64,000 nucleotides of DNA from Candidatus Binatia bacterium (GCA_963666315.2 CAXXHG010000035.1:1-64000); one strand, 5' to 3'. Positions 40,309 to 51,118 are shown, numbered from the stretch's first letter. Translations and numbers: made by a program. The notes: a model not told the origin generated them from the letters alone.

Positions 40309-41736
40309 TTAGTTGGCCTTTCCAATGCCTGGAGTCGGGGTCCGAGGAAGTTCGTCAAGTCTATCCGGACGTGTGCCGATGAGCGGGGCGTGCGATCCTT
40401 TTTTCCACGTCTGGGGGGTTTTGCCATTCAGCCGATAGGCGCGGTCTTTTGCTGGTGCACCTAACAGCGTCTGGCTGATCAGTTTCTGGGCCGTGCCCGT
40501 CGCCACATAGGCCCGGCGAATGTCCGTCGGATTTTTCTTGATATAATCAGCCCAGTTGCCGAGTGTCTGTTTAGTCTGAATCAGTCCTTTGACCATGCCC
40601 ACGTCGTTGAGCATGGTCACATCATCAATACGCCCGACGAATAGTGCGCCGACCATGCGGTCGCCGTCCCAGACGTATTTGCGATAAATCGGCCGCGTAG
40701 GGTTCGACACGATTGTGGTCTCTTGGCCTGCCTCATGCCACTGGCCAAAGCTGGCACAGTGCAGATTAATGACATCCAGTACGTTCAGTAGCAGGCTGCC
40801 TGGATAATGAGTTTCTTTGCCTGCCATATTGACGCCGGCAATACGGCCATGATCGACAGCTGTGGGCTGAATGGCATGCACGGCCGATGAGCCATTCAGT
40901 AGATCTGGTCCAGCCGCAACATCGCCCGCCGCATAGATGCCGGGAATATTGGTTTGCATGCGGTCATCTACAACAATGCCGCCATCCACGGTAATGCCGG
41001 AGCCATCGAGAAAGCTCAGATTAGGTTGAATGCCTGTGGCCAGAATGACAATATCCGCGTTCAGGCTTGAGCCTGTGCTGAGCGATAGGCTGAGCTTGTC
41101 GCCCTGGCGCGTAATACTCTGCACTTGGGCGCCGGTGTGAACGGTCACGTCCCGATTGCTCAGCCAGCCTTCAACCGCCTCAGCGCCTTTTGTGTCGAGC
41201 ATGCGCGGCAAGACTTGTGATTCGGTTTCTACAACTGAAAGATTCCAGCCCAACTTCGCCATGGCGTTCAATACAATGAAACCGATGAAGCCCGCGCCAA
41301 TGAGCACGGCTTGTGGGGTACCTTGGACTTTGGCCATGACCTGCTTGGCGTCGTCTAAGGTCCAGAATGTATACACACCTTCTTGGTCGATGCCGGAGAT
41401 AGCAGGACGTTGGGCCGAGGAGCCGGTGGCAATCAGCAAGGTGTCAAATGAATGAGTAGAGCCGTCGCCGAGTGTCACCGAGCGTATTTGGGTATCGACT
41501 TTCTCGACTTGGCCGGACACGGATTCAATGCCGTGCTTTTCGAAATAGGACTGATCACCCGTCAGGACATGCTGCTCTGGAATCTCATTGGCCAAATAGT
41601 ACGGTAGGACCATGCGCGAGTAGGCTGGTTCGTTGGAGATCAGTGTAATCTGTGCATTCGCTCCAGCTGTGGCACGGATGGTCTCAGCCGCCGCCACGCC
41701 GGCAGGTCCAGCGCCAATAATGATGTGTTGTGCCAT
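40309..41736 (-). CDS. FAD/NAD(P)-dependent oxidoreductase (AorC-like subunit)
   Basis: GAGPAG, ATGS, GAGFIG, TNIPGIYAAGD; in operon with AOR. Confidence 0.9.
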   Translation of the reverse strand: MAQHIIIGAGPAGVAAAETIRATAGANAQITLISNEPAYSRMVLPYYLANEIPEQHVLTGDQSYFEKHGIESVSGQVEKVDTQIRSVTLGDGSTHSFDTLLIATGSSAQRPAISGIDQEGVYTFWTLDDAKQVMAKVQGTPQAVLIGAGFIGFIVLNAMAKLGWNLSVVETESQVLPRMLDTKGAEAVEGWLSNRDVTVHTGAQVQSITRQGDKLSLSLSTGSSLNADIVILATGIQPNLSFLDGSGITVDGGIVVDDRMQTNIPGIYAAGDVAAGPDLLNGSSAVHAIQPTAVDHGRIAGVNMAGKETHYPGSLLLNVLDVINLHCASFGQWHEAGQETTIVSNPTRPIYRKYVWDGDRMVGALFVGRIDDVTMLNDVGMVKGLIQTKQTLGNWADYIKKNPTDIRRAYVATGTAQKLISQTLLGAPAKDRAYRLNGKTPQTWKKGSHAPLIGTRPDRLDELPRTPTPGIGKAN

Positions 41737-41759
41737 GGCTCTTCTTCCTTTGAATCCTA

Positions 41760-43628
41760 CTATTCTAACCCTAACTCTTTTTTCTTCTCGGCAGTGATGA
41801 TCCCGTTTTTGTCCCAGCCGCGCAGTTCATAATATTCGGGCAGCATTTCACCAAGGCGATTGACCTCGCCTTTGGCTGGTCCGGATGGAATAGGCTCTTC
41901 CAGAATACGTTTGGGCAAAGTATCGTCCTTGCCCGTGAAGCCGGCCCGCTCGTTCCACAGCCGTTCCAAGTTCCAAATGCGTTCGCCGATTAACATCAAT
42001 TCTTCGAGCGTGTAGGGCACTCCTGTGGCTGCCGACAACTGGGGCAGCATTTCCTCAAGACCTACCCCAAAGGTGAGGAATTGACACAGGCCGAGAGCAT
42101 CCACGGTTGAGGTGGCGTCTTGGAAGATCTTGGTGATCTCAGCTTTCTCTTCTGTGGCTCTGGGGTCCATCTGACGTGGCAGACCCAGGATTTCAGCAGC
42201 TACGGTATACGCCTTCAAATGGCACGCGCCCCGGTTCGAGGTCGCATAGCCGAGGCCCATGCCCTGAATGGCGCGGGCTTCATACGCGGCAAATTCTTGG
42301 CTGCGTACGCCCATAAAGAACTCGGGCCGGCCCAGCGTCTCCGTCATGCGTCTGGAACCCTCGGCAATGACATCGCCAAAACCCTGACGGTAGGCGGTCT
42401 TTTCAGCCATAACGATCAGGGCTTCAGCGTTGCCAAATTCGAGCGGCAGCTCGGTCTCGTTTTGGGTCACCACGCCTTTTTCAAACAGCTCCATGGCGGC
42501 CGCCACACTAGCGCCGAAGCTGATCGAATCCATCCCCAGGTCGTTGCACAGCCAGTTGGCTTTGATGAGAGCATCCAGGTCTCCGATGCCGCACTCGGCA
42601 CCCATAGCCCAGGCGGCTTCATACTCCGGGCCCTCGCCCGCGATTTTCCAATTGCGCGGGTTAGTCGTCACGGAGTATTTCGAGGCTGCTTCTCCCGGCA
42701 GGGTGCTGACCCTGCCGCAGGCGATAGTGCAGGCAAAGCAGGCTTTGTTGGCAACCAGGCGCGTCTCGGTCAGGGTCTCGCCGCTAATGTTTTCAGCCTC
42801 TGCAAAGACGGTTTCTTGGTGATTGCGCGTGGGCAGCGCGCCGTGTTCGTTAATCACGTTGACCAAGACTTCCGTGCCGTACATGGGGAGACCCTCAGCT
42901 GTTACCGGAGCTTCGCGCAATTTTGCCTTCATCGCCCACTGGCCTTCCATATAGGCCTGTGGGTCGGCCAGGCTGACACCGCCCGTACCCCGCAGGGCGA
43001 TGGCTTTGAGATTTTTCGAACCCATGACCGCGCCTACGCCGGACCGACCGGCGGCACGATGCAGGTCGTTCATAATGCAGGCAAAGCGAACCAGCTTTTC
43101 TCCTGCCGGACCGATGCTGGCGATGATAGTGTCAGGCACGCCGAGTTCGCTCCGTAACTCCTCTTCGGTTTGCCACACCGTCTTGCCCCACAAGTGCGTC
43201 GCATCACGGAGTTCGACCTGATCATCATAGATCCACAGATAAGAGGGCTTTTCCGCCTTGCCTTCCAGGATGATCATGTCGTAGCCGGCGAACTTCATCT
43301 CCGGTCCCCAAAAGCCGCCTGAGTTCGAGGTCGTGATAGCATTGGTCAGTGCGCCTTTGGTGATGACCATATAACGCGAACCGCACGAGGCGTTAGTGCC
43401 GGTGAGTGGACCGGTGGCAAAGATCATTTTATTGTCCGGGCTGAGCGGATCGACCGTGGGGTCCATCTCTTCAGACAGATATTTGACTCCAAGCCCGCGA
43501 CCACCGACGTAGTCTTTGGCCCATTCGGCATTGAGCGGCTCTTTGGTGATCGTGCTGGTGGTGAGGTTCACGCGCAGAACTGTTCCGATCCAACCATGCA
43601 TGCCATTCATATCAGTCTTGCCGCTCAT
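41760..43628 (-). CDS. aor: Tungsten-containing aldehyde:ferredoxin oxidoreductase family catalytic subunit
   Basis: GGRGLG, SNSGG, IGPAGE, AAGRSGVGAVMGSKNLKA, CFACTIAC, GPEYE, DLGMDSIS, RGACHL, GLCQF. Confidence 0.95.
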   Translation of the reverse strand: MSGKTDMNGMHGWIGTVLRVNLTTSTITKEPLNAEWAKDYVGGRGLGVKYLSEEMDPTVDPLSPDNKMIFATGPLTGTNASCGSRYMVITKGALTNAITTSNSGGFWGPEMKFAGYDMIILEGKAEKPSYLWIYDDQVELRDATHLWGKTVWQTEEELRSELGVPDTIIASIGPAGEKLVRFACIMNDLHRAAGRSGVGAVMGSKNLKAIALRGTGGVSLADPQAYMEGQWAMKAKLREAPVTAEGLPMYGTEVLVNVINEHGALPTRNHQETVFAEAENISGETLTETRLVANKACFACTIACGRVSTLPGEAASKYSVTTNPRNWKIAGEGPEYEAAWAMGAECGIGDLDALIKANWLCNDLGMDSISFGASVAAAMELFEKGVVTQNETELPLEFGNAEALIVMAEKTAYRQGFGDVIAEGSRRMTETLGRPEFFMGVRSQEFAAYEARAIQGMGLGYATSNRGACHLKAYTVAAEILGLPRQMDPRATEEKAEITKIFQDATSTVDALGLCQFLTFGVGLEEMLPQLSAATGVPYTLEELMLIGERIWNLERLWNERAGFTGKDDTLPKRILEEPIPSGPAKGEVNRLGEMLPEYYELRGWDKNGIITAEKKKELGLE

Positions 43629-44117
43629 GAGTTGCCTCCTTCGCCGTCTTGCATGCGCTGATATCCTGTATCAACTTTTTTCAGCCCAGCTGGCCAGCCA
43701 GTCGGGTTGATCCATATCAACATACTCGAGTGCGCCTGTCGGACACGACTTCACACAAGCCGGATCACCACCGCATAGGTCACACTTGAACGCTTTATGC
43801 GTATCGGGATTGTAGAACATGGTTCCGTAAGGACAGGCGACTGTACACACAGCACAGCCGACACACACGTCGTCCATAACGACTTTTGCGCCGTTGTTTG
43901 GGTCAATGGCAATTGCGTTGACCGGACACGCGGTGAGACACCAGGCTTCGTCGCACTGAAAGCAGGTATACGGCGCGTAGACGGCCTGCTCGTCAAAGAT
44001 ATGGACTCGAATGACCGAACGGGACGGCTGAAAGGTCCCAGTTTGGACAAACGCACAAGCCAGCTCACACTGGAGACAGCTTGTACATTTATCGGTAATC
44101 ACGCGTAGCTGCTTCAT
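43626..44117 (-). CDS. 4Fe-4S dicluster electron-transfer subunit (AorA-like), probable homopolymer frameshift at the C-terminus
   Basis: Four Cys clusters (CTSCLQCELAC, CFQCDEAWCLTACP, CVGCAVCTVACP, CDLCGGDPACVKSCP). Track stop at 43671; removing one A from the A6 run (43676-43681) extends it to a stop overlapping the aor ATG. Confidence 0.88.
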
Positions 44118-44391
44118 AAGCGTTTCCCCTTCTCTGTGTCATCTAACAGATTCGGGCACAGAATTCCAGAAAAGCAAGCAGATGAGATGGTAAGGTAGTG
44201 AGAGAGGTGAAAAAAGTAGCCGGCCCCTCTTTTCTGTGTTGGGCACATCATCATCATTCAGATCGCGGAAGCTGCGCTTGTAGATGACATACCACCGTAC
44301 CACAGGATGATAATTGCACGGTCGAAATGGCGACCTTTAAACAAAGCAAACGCGTAATTGCGAAACAGCTCCATGCCTCTGCCTAACATGG

Positions 44392-46800
44392 TCATCCTCT
44401 GTTTACACCAGAACCCCCGTGGAATGGGTAGCCAGGAGGGTACGCTAATTCAGAGGCGACGCCAGATTTGGAAATGGCGAAAACTTGGACTTTCAAATCT
44501 GCCATATTCTCTATGTTGAGGGTAAAGGCGAAGCCTGGGTGGCGTACGTCATCTTCAGGACTGTCGTCACATCAAGCCGGGGAATCGTGGTGGTCCCCAC
44601 GTGGGCTAATTGGCCATTTTACGAACACCCATATGGCTGCGGCTGGTTGTGCCTTCTGGACATCTGCGGCCCAGCCTTTGAGTACAAGCTGGTTGTGCTG
44701 AAGCGTCGCTCGATCCACCCATCCTTTGAGATAGTCAGGATCTACACGCAGTTTCTCCCCTTGCCCTGAAATGACCCATTACTTCAGCTCCTGGATCGTA
44801 CTCTGGCAGTTCCTGAAAAATCCCGATGGGTCGAAGCAATGTAATGCCACGATCGGCTTTGGATATAAGCATCGGGAGACACGGCATTATCTCCTGATCG
44901 AAAGGATGTCTCATTAACAAGAGCTCCCCACCGACCATGTTGTTCCTTCAGTGGGAAGGTCCAGGGCTGTGTTACGGCCTGAATGGTACCGTTGATCGCT
45001 ATGGCAATGGGGTATGAAGAGCCTGCCTGTCGAGACCGCAACTGACCAGAGATGTATACCGGCAGAACCGTTCCGCGAAGATCTATGTGCTTATATGCCA
45101 TTGGTGTGTCGAGCCTGATCGCCAGGTCCTCCGCGTCCTCAATGGGAAACCGCGTTTATGGGTAATCCCAAGAGGTGAGCATAGGGGCCAATCTGGTACA
45201 GTCCAGCGGGTCTCGTGCGTCCGGAGCCGAAGAGTTCAAGTTTCCGATTGACGGTGGTCCACTCCTCACCTTTGGCAACGGCTGCCGGAAAGGAAAACCG
45301 GGTATGAGCGTTTGTTACGGTTCCCCCAAAATATGTCTTGTGTGGCCGTTGGGGACCGGACTCAAAGATAGACTGGCCATTCGCTCACGGCTGCTATGGT
45401 CTGATCCGGACGTTTTATAAAAAGAGGAATCCGGAGAATCTCTTCCTTGTTCGTATCCGACAGCAGCCTTCGAAAGTCGTTCGGTCGAAAACTCACACCA
45501 TGATCGGCTGTGATAACAATTTAGGCTTGGTCGTATAGCCCCTGGTCCTTCAATCGGTCGATGAGCTGGCCAAAGAGTTTGTCCACAAATCCGATCTGTA
45601 GAAGCGCTCTTTGATAACCTTGATTCGGTGCCCATTCATCCGTCTGCCATCTCCCTGAAGTATAACCGGGGAGAGATGGTACTGCGTGGTACCGCTTTCC
45701 GGACGGCAACCAGAGATACGGAATATGCGGGAGGAGGGTATGCATAAAATAAAATGTCGGTTGCGTAGGAGGCCGAAACGTATCGAGAAAACGCAGGAAA
45801 TACGTAGCGCGATCCTCTGATTTTTGAGTGCGGATCTGGTTGTTTTCCCAGCGGAGACGAGCGAGAGTAATCGCATCAGAATAGGCCTGCTCCGGGGTAG
45901 CAGCAAAATTGCGCCAGTCCTGAGAGATATTAGGCAAATGCTCACGGAAATCGTGGGGGAGAAGGAGATGGAGATAAAGGATGGACACATCGCTAGCGAG
46001 TTCAGAGAGGCGGGAGATCAATCCCAACGGCTGAGTAATGCCATAACCACACAGGCGCTCGGGACAGAGCTGCGTACGCGACTCCTGAACTTGCAGATCA
46101 TAGGTCCCTCCTAAGAGCCGTGAACAGATTCCGTGGATGATCCGTCCATCGGTGCTCGCGAATGATCGGGATATCTGTCCGTCAGAATACTTGGAGGAGC
46201 GAGAACCGTTTCACCGCTCACCGTCGTCGCATTACGAAACCACGTCGCGTCTTGTGCAAACGCCGCCAAAATGGGGATACCGGACCGCATCAATTTGCTG
46301 ATTTTCATCCATGAGTGCCGCCAGCGGGAACTCATCGAACACGACCAGCACAATCGGAAACGTGGCGGTGATTGGCGGCGGTGACAGGGTCGCGATCTGC
46401 CCGCGAACGGTCAGTTTCGCGATCGGCGAAAAGGACAAAAAAACGACCGGAAACACCAGCAACGCTGGGGTGAGAAACGTCAGGAACAGCCGGACGAAGG
46501 GAAGACGATGATACATCCCTGTGGCACCGGCACTGATAACGACTGCCCCGACGACGAGGGCACTGCCCGGCAGGCTCGAGACCTCTCGGCTGGCTAGAAG
46601 GACGAGGGTCGTACCCAACCCACCGATGAAGATTCGGTGCCATAAAACGTACGCGGGACGACTCAGCTGAGCGAGCGTCCACAGAATCAGGCTGACACTG
46701 CTGGGGACCAACAGGCTCAGACCAAGCACCAACATAACAATGTCACTGGGTGTGGACCGACGGGCAATAAAAAACTCGGGGGATCGGGACAGCAAACGCT
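44392..46800 (-). pseudogene. Membrane-anchored sulfatase/alkaline-phosphatase-superfamily hydrolase, heavily fragmented
   Basis: Collinear fragments: TM region, VLVVFDEFP, FRNATTVS, HTLLPHIPY, LKDQGLYDQ, ITADHG, AIAING, LKGWAAD; many frameshifts. Confidence 0.75.
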
Positions 46801-47049
46801 AACAGCACCCACCAGTGACATTGCTCTTCGAGAAAACCTTTACCTGTCCTCTGCATGTTTGTTCATACTCACTGGGAGACGATGGGGTGACAAGTGATAC
46901 ACGGCGGCGTCTCAAACGCGACCCCGTCTATGCACAGTGCCCGGTTCTGTGGTTGATGCCGACAAGGGCAAGTTTCAGGCCGCAGGGAGCTCGTGGTGGT
47001 TTCGATATACGGACTGGCAAGCGTTCCAGGTCTCGCGTTGGAGCTTCTA

Positions 47050-48024
47050 TCATTAGGCAACTCGCCCAATATTTCAGCTTTGCGTACCATTCAGTTTGTG
47101 GGATCAGCGCACTATTTGTCTTGCCTGCATGCACTGCGTTTAACAACCATCAATCAACATCCGGATTTTTATGGTGATGGCTTAGCTCTGGGCAATGGGG
47201 AGGTCAGTTTACGTGCCTTAGTCTAAGCTTATGCAGCCTTGGCAAACCAAGGGACGTTCTTGCCTATCACGTTGCTGATGGATGATCCTGCCCCGCCCAA
47301 AAAAGATCGTGTATTTTCGCCTGAGGTCAGTTCGCTGATTGGGCATATCCTGTCAGAGCCGGAGGCCAAGCGGCTCGAATTCGGTGCGGGCGGAATTCTG
47401 GATTTCCCGGTCCAAACCGCGGTGAAGGCGGGGACGTCGAGTGACTATCGAGTTGCCTGGGCGGTGGGTTTTAATTATCGCTACACCGTTGGGGTGTGGA
47501 TGGGGAATCTGAGCCAGCAGCCGACTAAAAGCGTGAGCGGAGCACGAGGTCCGGCGCTGGTGTTGCGGAGTGTGTTCGCTGAGTTGAATAAGCATCAGCG
47601 TACGACGCCCTTGTATCTAAGCCCTCGACTCGTGTCACAAACGCTGTGTCGAGAAAATGGAGCCCTGCACCGTGAAGATGAGAACTGCTCACGCTATACG
47701 GAATGGTTTCTGCCGGGAACGGAGCCGAATAAAAGGCAGCGTATTATTCCTCCAGAGCCACTGCGCTGGCGCTGGCCAACAAACGGTTTGCAACTCGCTT
47801 CCGATCCCCGCATTCCCGATGATCTCGAAGTCTTTCCTTTTGAAATCCAAGGTGTCGCTGAAGATGCTCGAGTCGAATGGACCCTCAACGGTGTCACGCT
47901 TGCCCAAACGACTGGCGGCTCCTATGCGTGGTTGGTGAAACGTGGGGCACACCGACTCCGGGCTCGGATTCATACACGGGAGACCATCGCTGAGGTGCCG
48001 GAGATCAAGTTTATAGTGAAGTGA
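47050..48024 (+). pseudogene. pbpC: Penicillin-binding protein 1C C-terminal fragment
   Basis: LGNS.NI.ALR, YGDGLALGNGEVSL, in-frame TAA at 47224, AYAALAN, AVKAGTSSDYR, VGVWMGN, C-terminal WTLNG..GAHRL domain. Transglycosylase and SxxK parts absent. Confidence 0.8.
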
Positions 48025-48097
48025 ATGAGAAGAAGCCTTGCAGTCTCCATAATGAAGGCGTTACGCTGCGGGCACTAACAATACAGGAGGTATAATC

Positions 48098-48280
48098 ATG
48101 GATGTCAATTGGGACGAGAACGTCTGCAATCACTCTGCGAATTGTGTGAAGAGCTTACCCCAGGTTTTCAAAGTTGAAGGCGGAAAGTTTGTCATTGATA
48201 CGAGCGCCGGCTCAGAGGATGATATCCGGGCTGTGGTGGCCAAGTGCCCGTCCGGCGCGCTGTCAGTTCAGGAAGATTAA
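48098..48280 (+). CDS. Small divergent 4Fe-4S mono-cluster protein (YjdI/Fer4_19-like)
   Basis: CNHSANCVKSLPQVF..KCPSGALS; RBS GGAGG. Confidence 0.85.
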   Translation: MDVNWDENVCNHSANCVKSLPQVFKVEGGKFVIDTSAGSEDDIRAVVAKCPSGALSVQED

Positions 48281-48323
48281 GAGGACCGACGTTTGAAACT
48301 CCGATGGTCCTGGCCTCTCCCGC

Positions 48324-48427
48324 CTGGATTCCCGTTTTCACGGGAATGATAGGCAGTGTTGTGTCATACCTGCGCATGCAGGTATCCAGGCCTATGGAAT
48401 AAGACGGAGTTTTGTTCGTGTCTTTAA
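48324..48427. repeat. Dispersed composite palindromic repeat, copy 2
   Basis: CTGGATTCCCGTTTTCACGGGAATGA..TGTCATACCTGCGCATGCAGGTATCCAGGCC..GGAGTTTTGTT; matches 22242-22340. Confidence 0.75.
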
Positions 48428-48585
48428 GAGCCTATCCGAATAACGGTTTCAAGGTGTCATGTTGAGCCCTTCGTCTACGCTCAGGATAAACTCCGGGAAA
48501 CATCTCAACTCCACGACAAAGACAGAGATTCTTCGCTTCGCTCAGAATGACAGAACCAAGCACTCATGGTTATTCGGATACTCTC
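48428..48585. mobile_element. MITE-like element (158 bp) with 17-bp TIRs and TAA target duplication
   Basis: Left GAGCCTATCCGAATAAC vs reverse complement of the right end GAGAGTATCCGAATAAC (15/17). TAA at 48425-48427 and 48586-48588; internal TGTCAT..GCTCAGAATGACA palindrome. Confidence 0.72.
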
Positions 48586-48616
48586 TAAGTGAGCCTCACC
48601 AAGGTTCAGGAACCAT

Positions 48617-49171
48617 ATGGCTGAACATGTCTTCCTCAACGGTCGTGTGTCTGTCCTCGTCGGTGACATTACCCAGCAGCAGGTTGACGCGGTAGTCAAC
48701 GCGGCCAACTTAACCCTGTTAGGTGGCGGGGGGGTGGACGGTGCGATTCATCGAGCCGGCGGACCCAAAATTCTGGCTGAATGCCAGGAGCTACGCCACA
48801 CGCGCTATGCCGATGGTTTGCCCCCAGGCGAAGCGGTCATAACGACAGCGGGCAATATGCCGGCTCGGCATGTGATTCATACTGTAGGACCCGTCTTCAG
48901 TGCTGCAGGGGAGCAAGCTGCCGACCTCCTATCGGCGTGTTACCGAAACTCGCTCTCACTCGCAGTTCAACATAACCTCAGCACTATTGCCTTTCCTGCG
49001 ATTTCAACTGGAGTCTACGGTTATCCACGCGGAGAGGCCGCTGCGGTTGCCTCACAATCGATTGCCGACTTTTTGGCGACTGACTCGTCCCTCAACCAAG
49101 TCTTCCAAGTCCGTTTAGTCTTTTTCGCCCCGCAAGACGCAGCGGTTTTTTTGACCCACCAGACGTTCTAA
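48617..49171 (+). CDS. Macro domain O-acetyl-ADP-ribose deacetylase (YmdB-like)
   Basis: GDIT, VNAAN, GGGGVDGAIH, VIHTVGP, AFPAISTGVYGYP. Confidence 0.93.
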   Translation: MAEHVFLNGRVSVLVGDITQQQVDAVVNAANLTLLGGGGVDGAIHRAGGPKILAECQELRHTRYADGLPPGEAVITTAGNMPARHVIHTVGPVFSAAGEQAADLLSACYRNSLSLAVQHNLSTIAFPAISTGVYGYPRGEAAAVASQSIADFLATDSSLNQVFQVRLVFFAPQDAAVFLTHQTF

Positions 49172-49189
49172 TCCGTCAGTTTATTTTCA

Positions 49190-49224
49190 GCTCAAGCAGA
49201 TCGGTCCTACTGATCTGCTTGAGC
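49190..49224. terminator. Strong hairpin after the macro domain gene (possible terminator)
   Basis: GCTCAAGCAGATC-N9-GATCTGCTTGAGC, 13-bp perfect stem. Confidence 0.5.
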
Positions 49225-49314
49225 CAGGGTTTTCCAGCCCGAACTTGGGAAGACGAAAAAAAGAAAAACTAGTCTTATGCCTGCTTGTCGTGTACAAGGA
49301 CAGCCTAGCTCTTT

Positions 49315-50685
49315 GTGCATCTCTTGAGGACGAGCATGCTGGTCGGAAAAAAACTGCACACCTTTGGAATCATTGTAACGGGCCTGCTCATCTGTACTTC
49401 TGCTGCATTGACGGCTGTATCTGAGGACAATGACAATCGTCCTGAACGGACTTGGCGTCTAATAGACGAACTCTCAGAAGAAGAACGGGCGCGTATCGAC
49501 TTTTCGACCGACACGCCACGGGATGCAAATGTCCCCTACCTGCCGGCTGAGCCGTATCCGTTTGAGCCGCCCTATACGGCGGAGGAGATGGGCTATCGAA
49601 TCATGGAGTTCCCGCATATGCCACGCTGGGACTGCGTGCAAATAGAAGACTCCGGAACACTCACGCCGACCGGCTATCTCTACATCAATCAAATCATTAC
49701 CCTTATCCAGCATAGAGACCCAGAGGGACTGGTAGGCCAGTTAACCGCCAAACCCGGTGAGGTCTATTCGCGCTGGCTGGCCCAAGATATCGCGCCCCCA
49801 GAAAATCGGGGCAACCAGCTGCTGTTCATCACTTCCCGCACCGATCAGCAGACCACAAAAAAGGCCGACCTTTTCGGCTACTCGCCTGCGCTCCGCCGGG
49901 TGCGGCGTTTTCCCCAGCCGCGCCGTCAGGATAAATTCCCCAACCAGCCTATGGCCTATGACGACTTTCTCGGTCGCGATGCCTGGGAGTTTTCGTGGCG
50001 CATCATTGGAACAGACGTGTTGTATGAAACCGCTCGCTTTCCGAAAACGCGCCAGTTTATCACCCTCAGCAACGACGACGGGTCTTTTCGCGATGTGCCT
50101 GCAAGCGAGCTGAAACTTATGGGTGATGAGTACCCGCACTATAGGGCAGATGGCGGCGTAGGCTGCTATCTCATTGAAGCTACGGCCAAGGACGACTGGA
50201 TTCCGGATTACTACGTGCCTCGCCTACTCTTTTGGGTAGATCAGCACTATTTCTTTCCGCTTCGGACGGAGCTGTATGGCAAGGAGGGCGAACTCGTCTT
50301 ACTTGAAGAACGTATGGCGAAACTCCTAAATCCACGCCTCAAGGAGCGTGGCTATCACAATCTCATTACGCTGTGGTGGGATCCTCAGCAAGACTTTTAC
50401 TCTTACGGGGTGCATGACGGCATGCAGCTTCGGGACTGGTCTCAAGAGGATAAGGACGTGTTCTTTAATCCGGATTTTATGCGTCGAACTTGGTTCCCCG
50501 CTCCGCTCAAGACGCAGTCCGGGATCAGGTTGCCCGAGGAATTTTTTCTCCGCCCGCACCTGTATCGGGACAAGTTCCCTGGGGAACGCAAGATCGTTTT
50601 GTCGGATGACCTCGAAAAACGTATCGCGGCTCAAGAAAAAGCGGGCTATATTGTCTTCACTGGGGATACGGCCGGTGCAGAGTAG
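49315..50685 (+). CDS. DUF1329-like / outer-membrane lipoprotein-sorting-fold exported protein
   Basis: Signal peptide; YSPALRRVRR, DDFLGRD..FSWRIIG, YLIEA, WVDQ..ELY..GEL pattern. Confidence 0.65.
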   Translation: MHLLRTSMLVGKKLHTFGIIVTGLLICTSAALTAVSEDNDNRPERTWRLIDELSEEERARIDFSTDTPRDANVPYLPAEPYPFEPPYTAEEMGYRIMEFPHMPRWDCVQIEDSGTLTPTGYLYINQIITLIQHRDPEGLVGQLTAKPGEVYSRWLAQDIAPPENRGNQLLFITSRTDQQTTKKADLFGYSPALRRVRRFPQPRRQDKFPNQPMAYDDFLGRDAWEFSWRIIGTDVLYETARFPKTRQFITLSNDDGSFRDVPASELKLMGDEYPHYRADGGVGCYLIEATAKDDWIPDYYVPRLLFWVDQHYFFPLRTELYGKEGELVLLEERMAKLLNPRLKERGYHNLITLWWDPQQDFYSYGVHDGMQLRDWSQEDKDVFFNPDFMRRTWFPAPLKTQSGIRLPEEFFLRPHLYRDKFPGERKIVLSDDLEKRIAAQEKAGYIVFTGDTAGAE

Positions 50686-50717
50686 TGTTTGGTGGTAGTC
50701 CTAGAGTGGTTTGCCGC

Positions 50718-50864
50718 TTACTTGCCTTCTCCCTCCGACAAGGCATCTAAGAGCGTTTTGGCATCTTTGAGGTCCGCCGTATCAAACCCTTCGGTGAGCC
50801 AGTTGTAGACCGGAGCTAGGAGGTTGCGAGCTTCGGTTGTCTTGCCTTGCGACTGCCACAGCGG
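50718..50864 (-). pseudogene. Orphan C-terminal tail of an adenylate-cyclase/AAA-ATPase/TPR protein
   Basis: [38 protein letters not shown], joined in frame to the PIN remnant. Confidence 0.75.
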
Positions 50865-51118
50865 CGCCGCCGTGAGGAGAAGGGGCTCATCCACCTCCCA
50901 CCTGATCGTCACAGGCAGCTCTTTCAGCAAGGCATAGCGCAGATTTGCCTCAGACTCACCCTGCTCTGTCGGGTAATATAGGTCACCTCAAGCAGGACAA
51001 CCCAAAGAAGCCAGACCTGTCCCTCCCTGAGAATTGTCTGCACGCGGTCAGCGCCCGACTCATCCTCGATCAATGTGAGGATGGCCGATGTATCGAGCAC
51101 ATAACGCTTAGCGTTCAT
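50865..51118 (-). pseudogene. VapC PIN-domain toxin, frameshifted and truncated
   Basis: YVLDTSAIL..LLEVTY..; frameshift near 50965; C-terminal Asp motifs lost at the junction. Confidence 0.75.

Noticed and set aside
42120-43157. 345-aa plus-strand ORF and similar long antisense ORFs elsewhere
   Set aside because: They are antisense shadows of well-supported genes in GC-rich DNA, with no recognisable motifs.
43671-43681. TGA at the end of the 4Fe-4S subunit as recoding or a programmed frameshift
   Set aside because: A single extra A in an A6 run explains it, and all cluster motifs lie upstream.
44485-44769. 94-aa plus-strand ORF as a separate gene
   Set aside because: It lies antisense to the C-terminal domain of the fragmented sulfatase-like gene (LKGWAAD..VFV).
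47224-47226. Readthrough of the in-frame stop in pbpC
   Set aside because: It is TAA (probably from CAA) in a gene already missing its N-terminal half.
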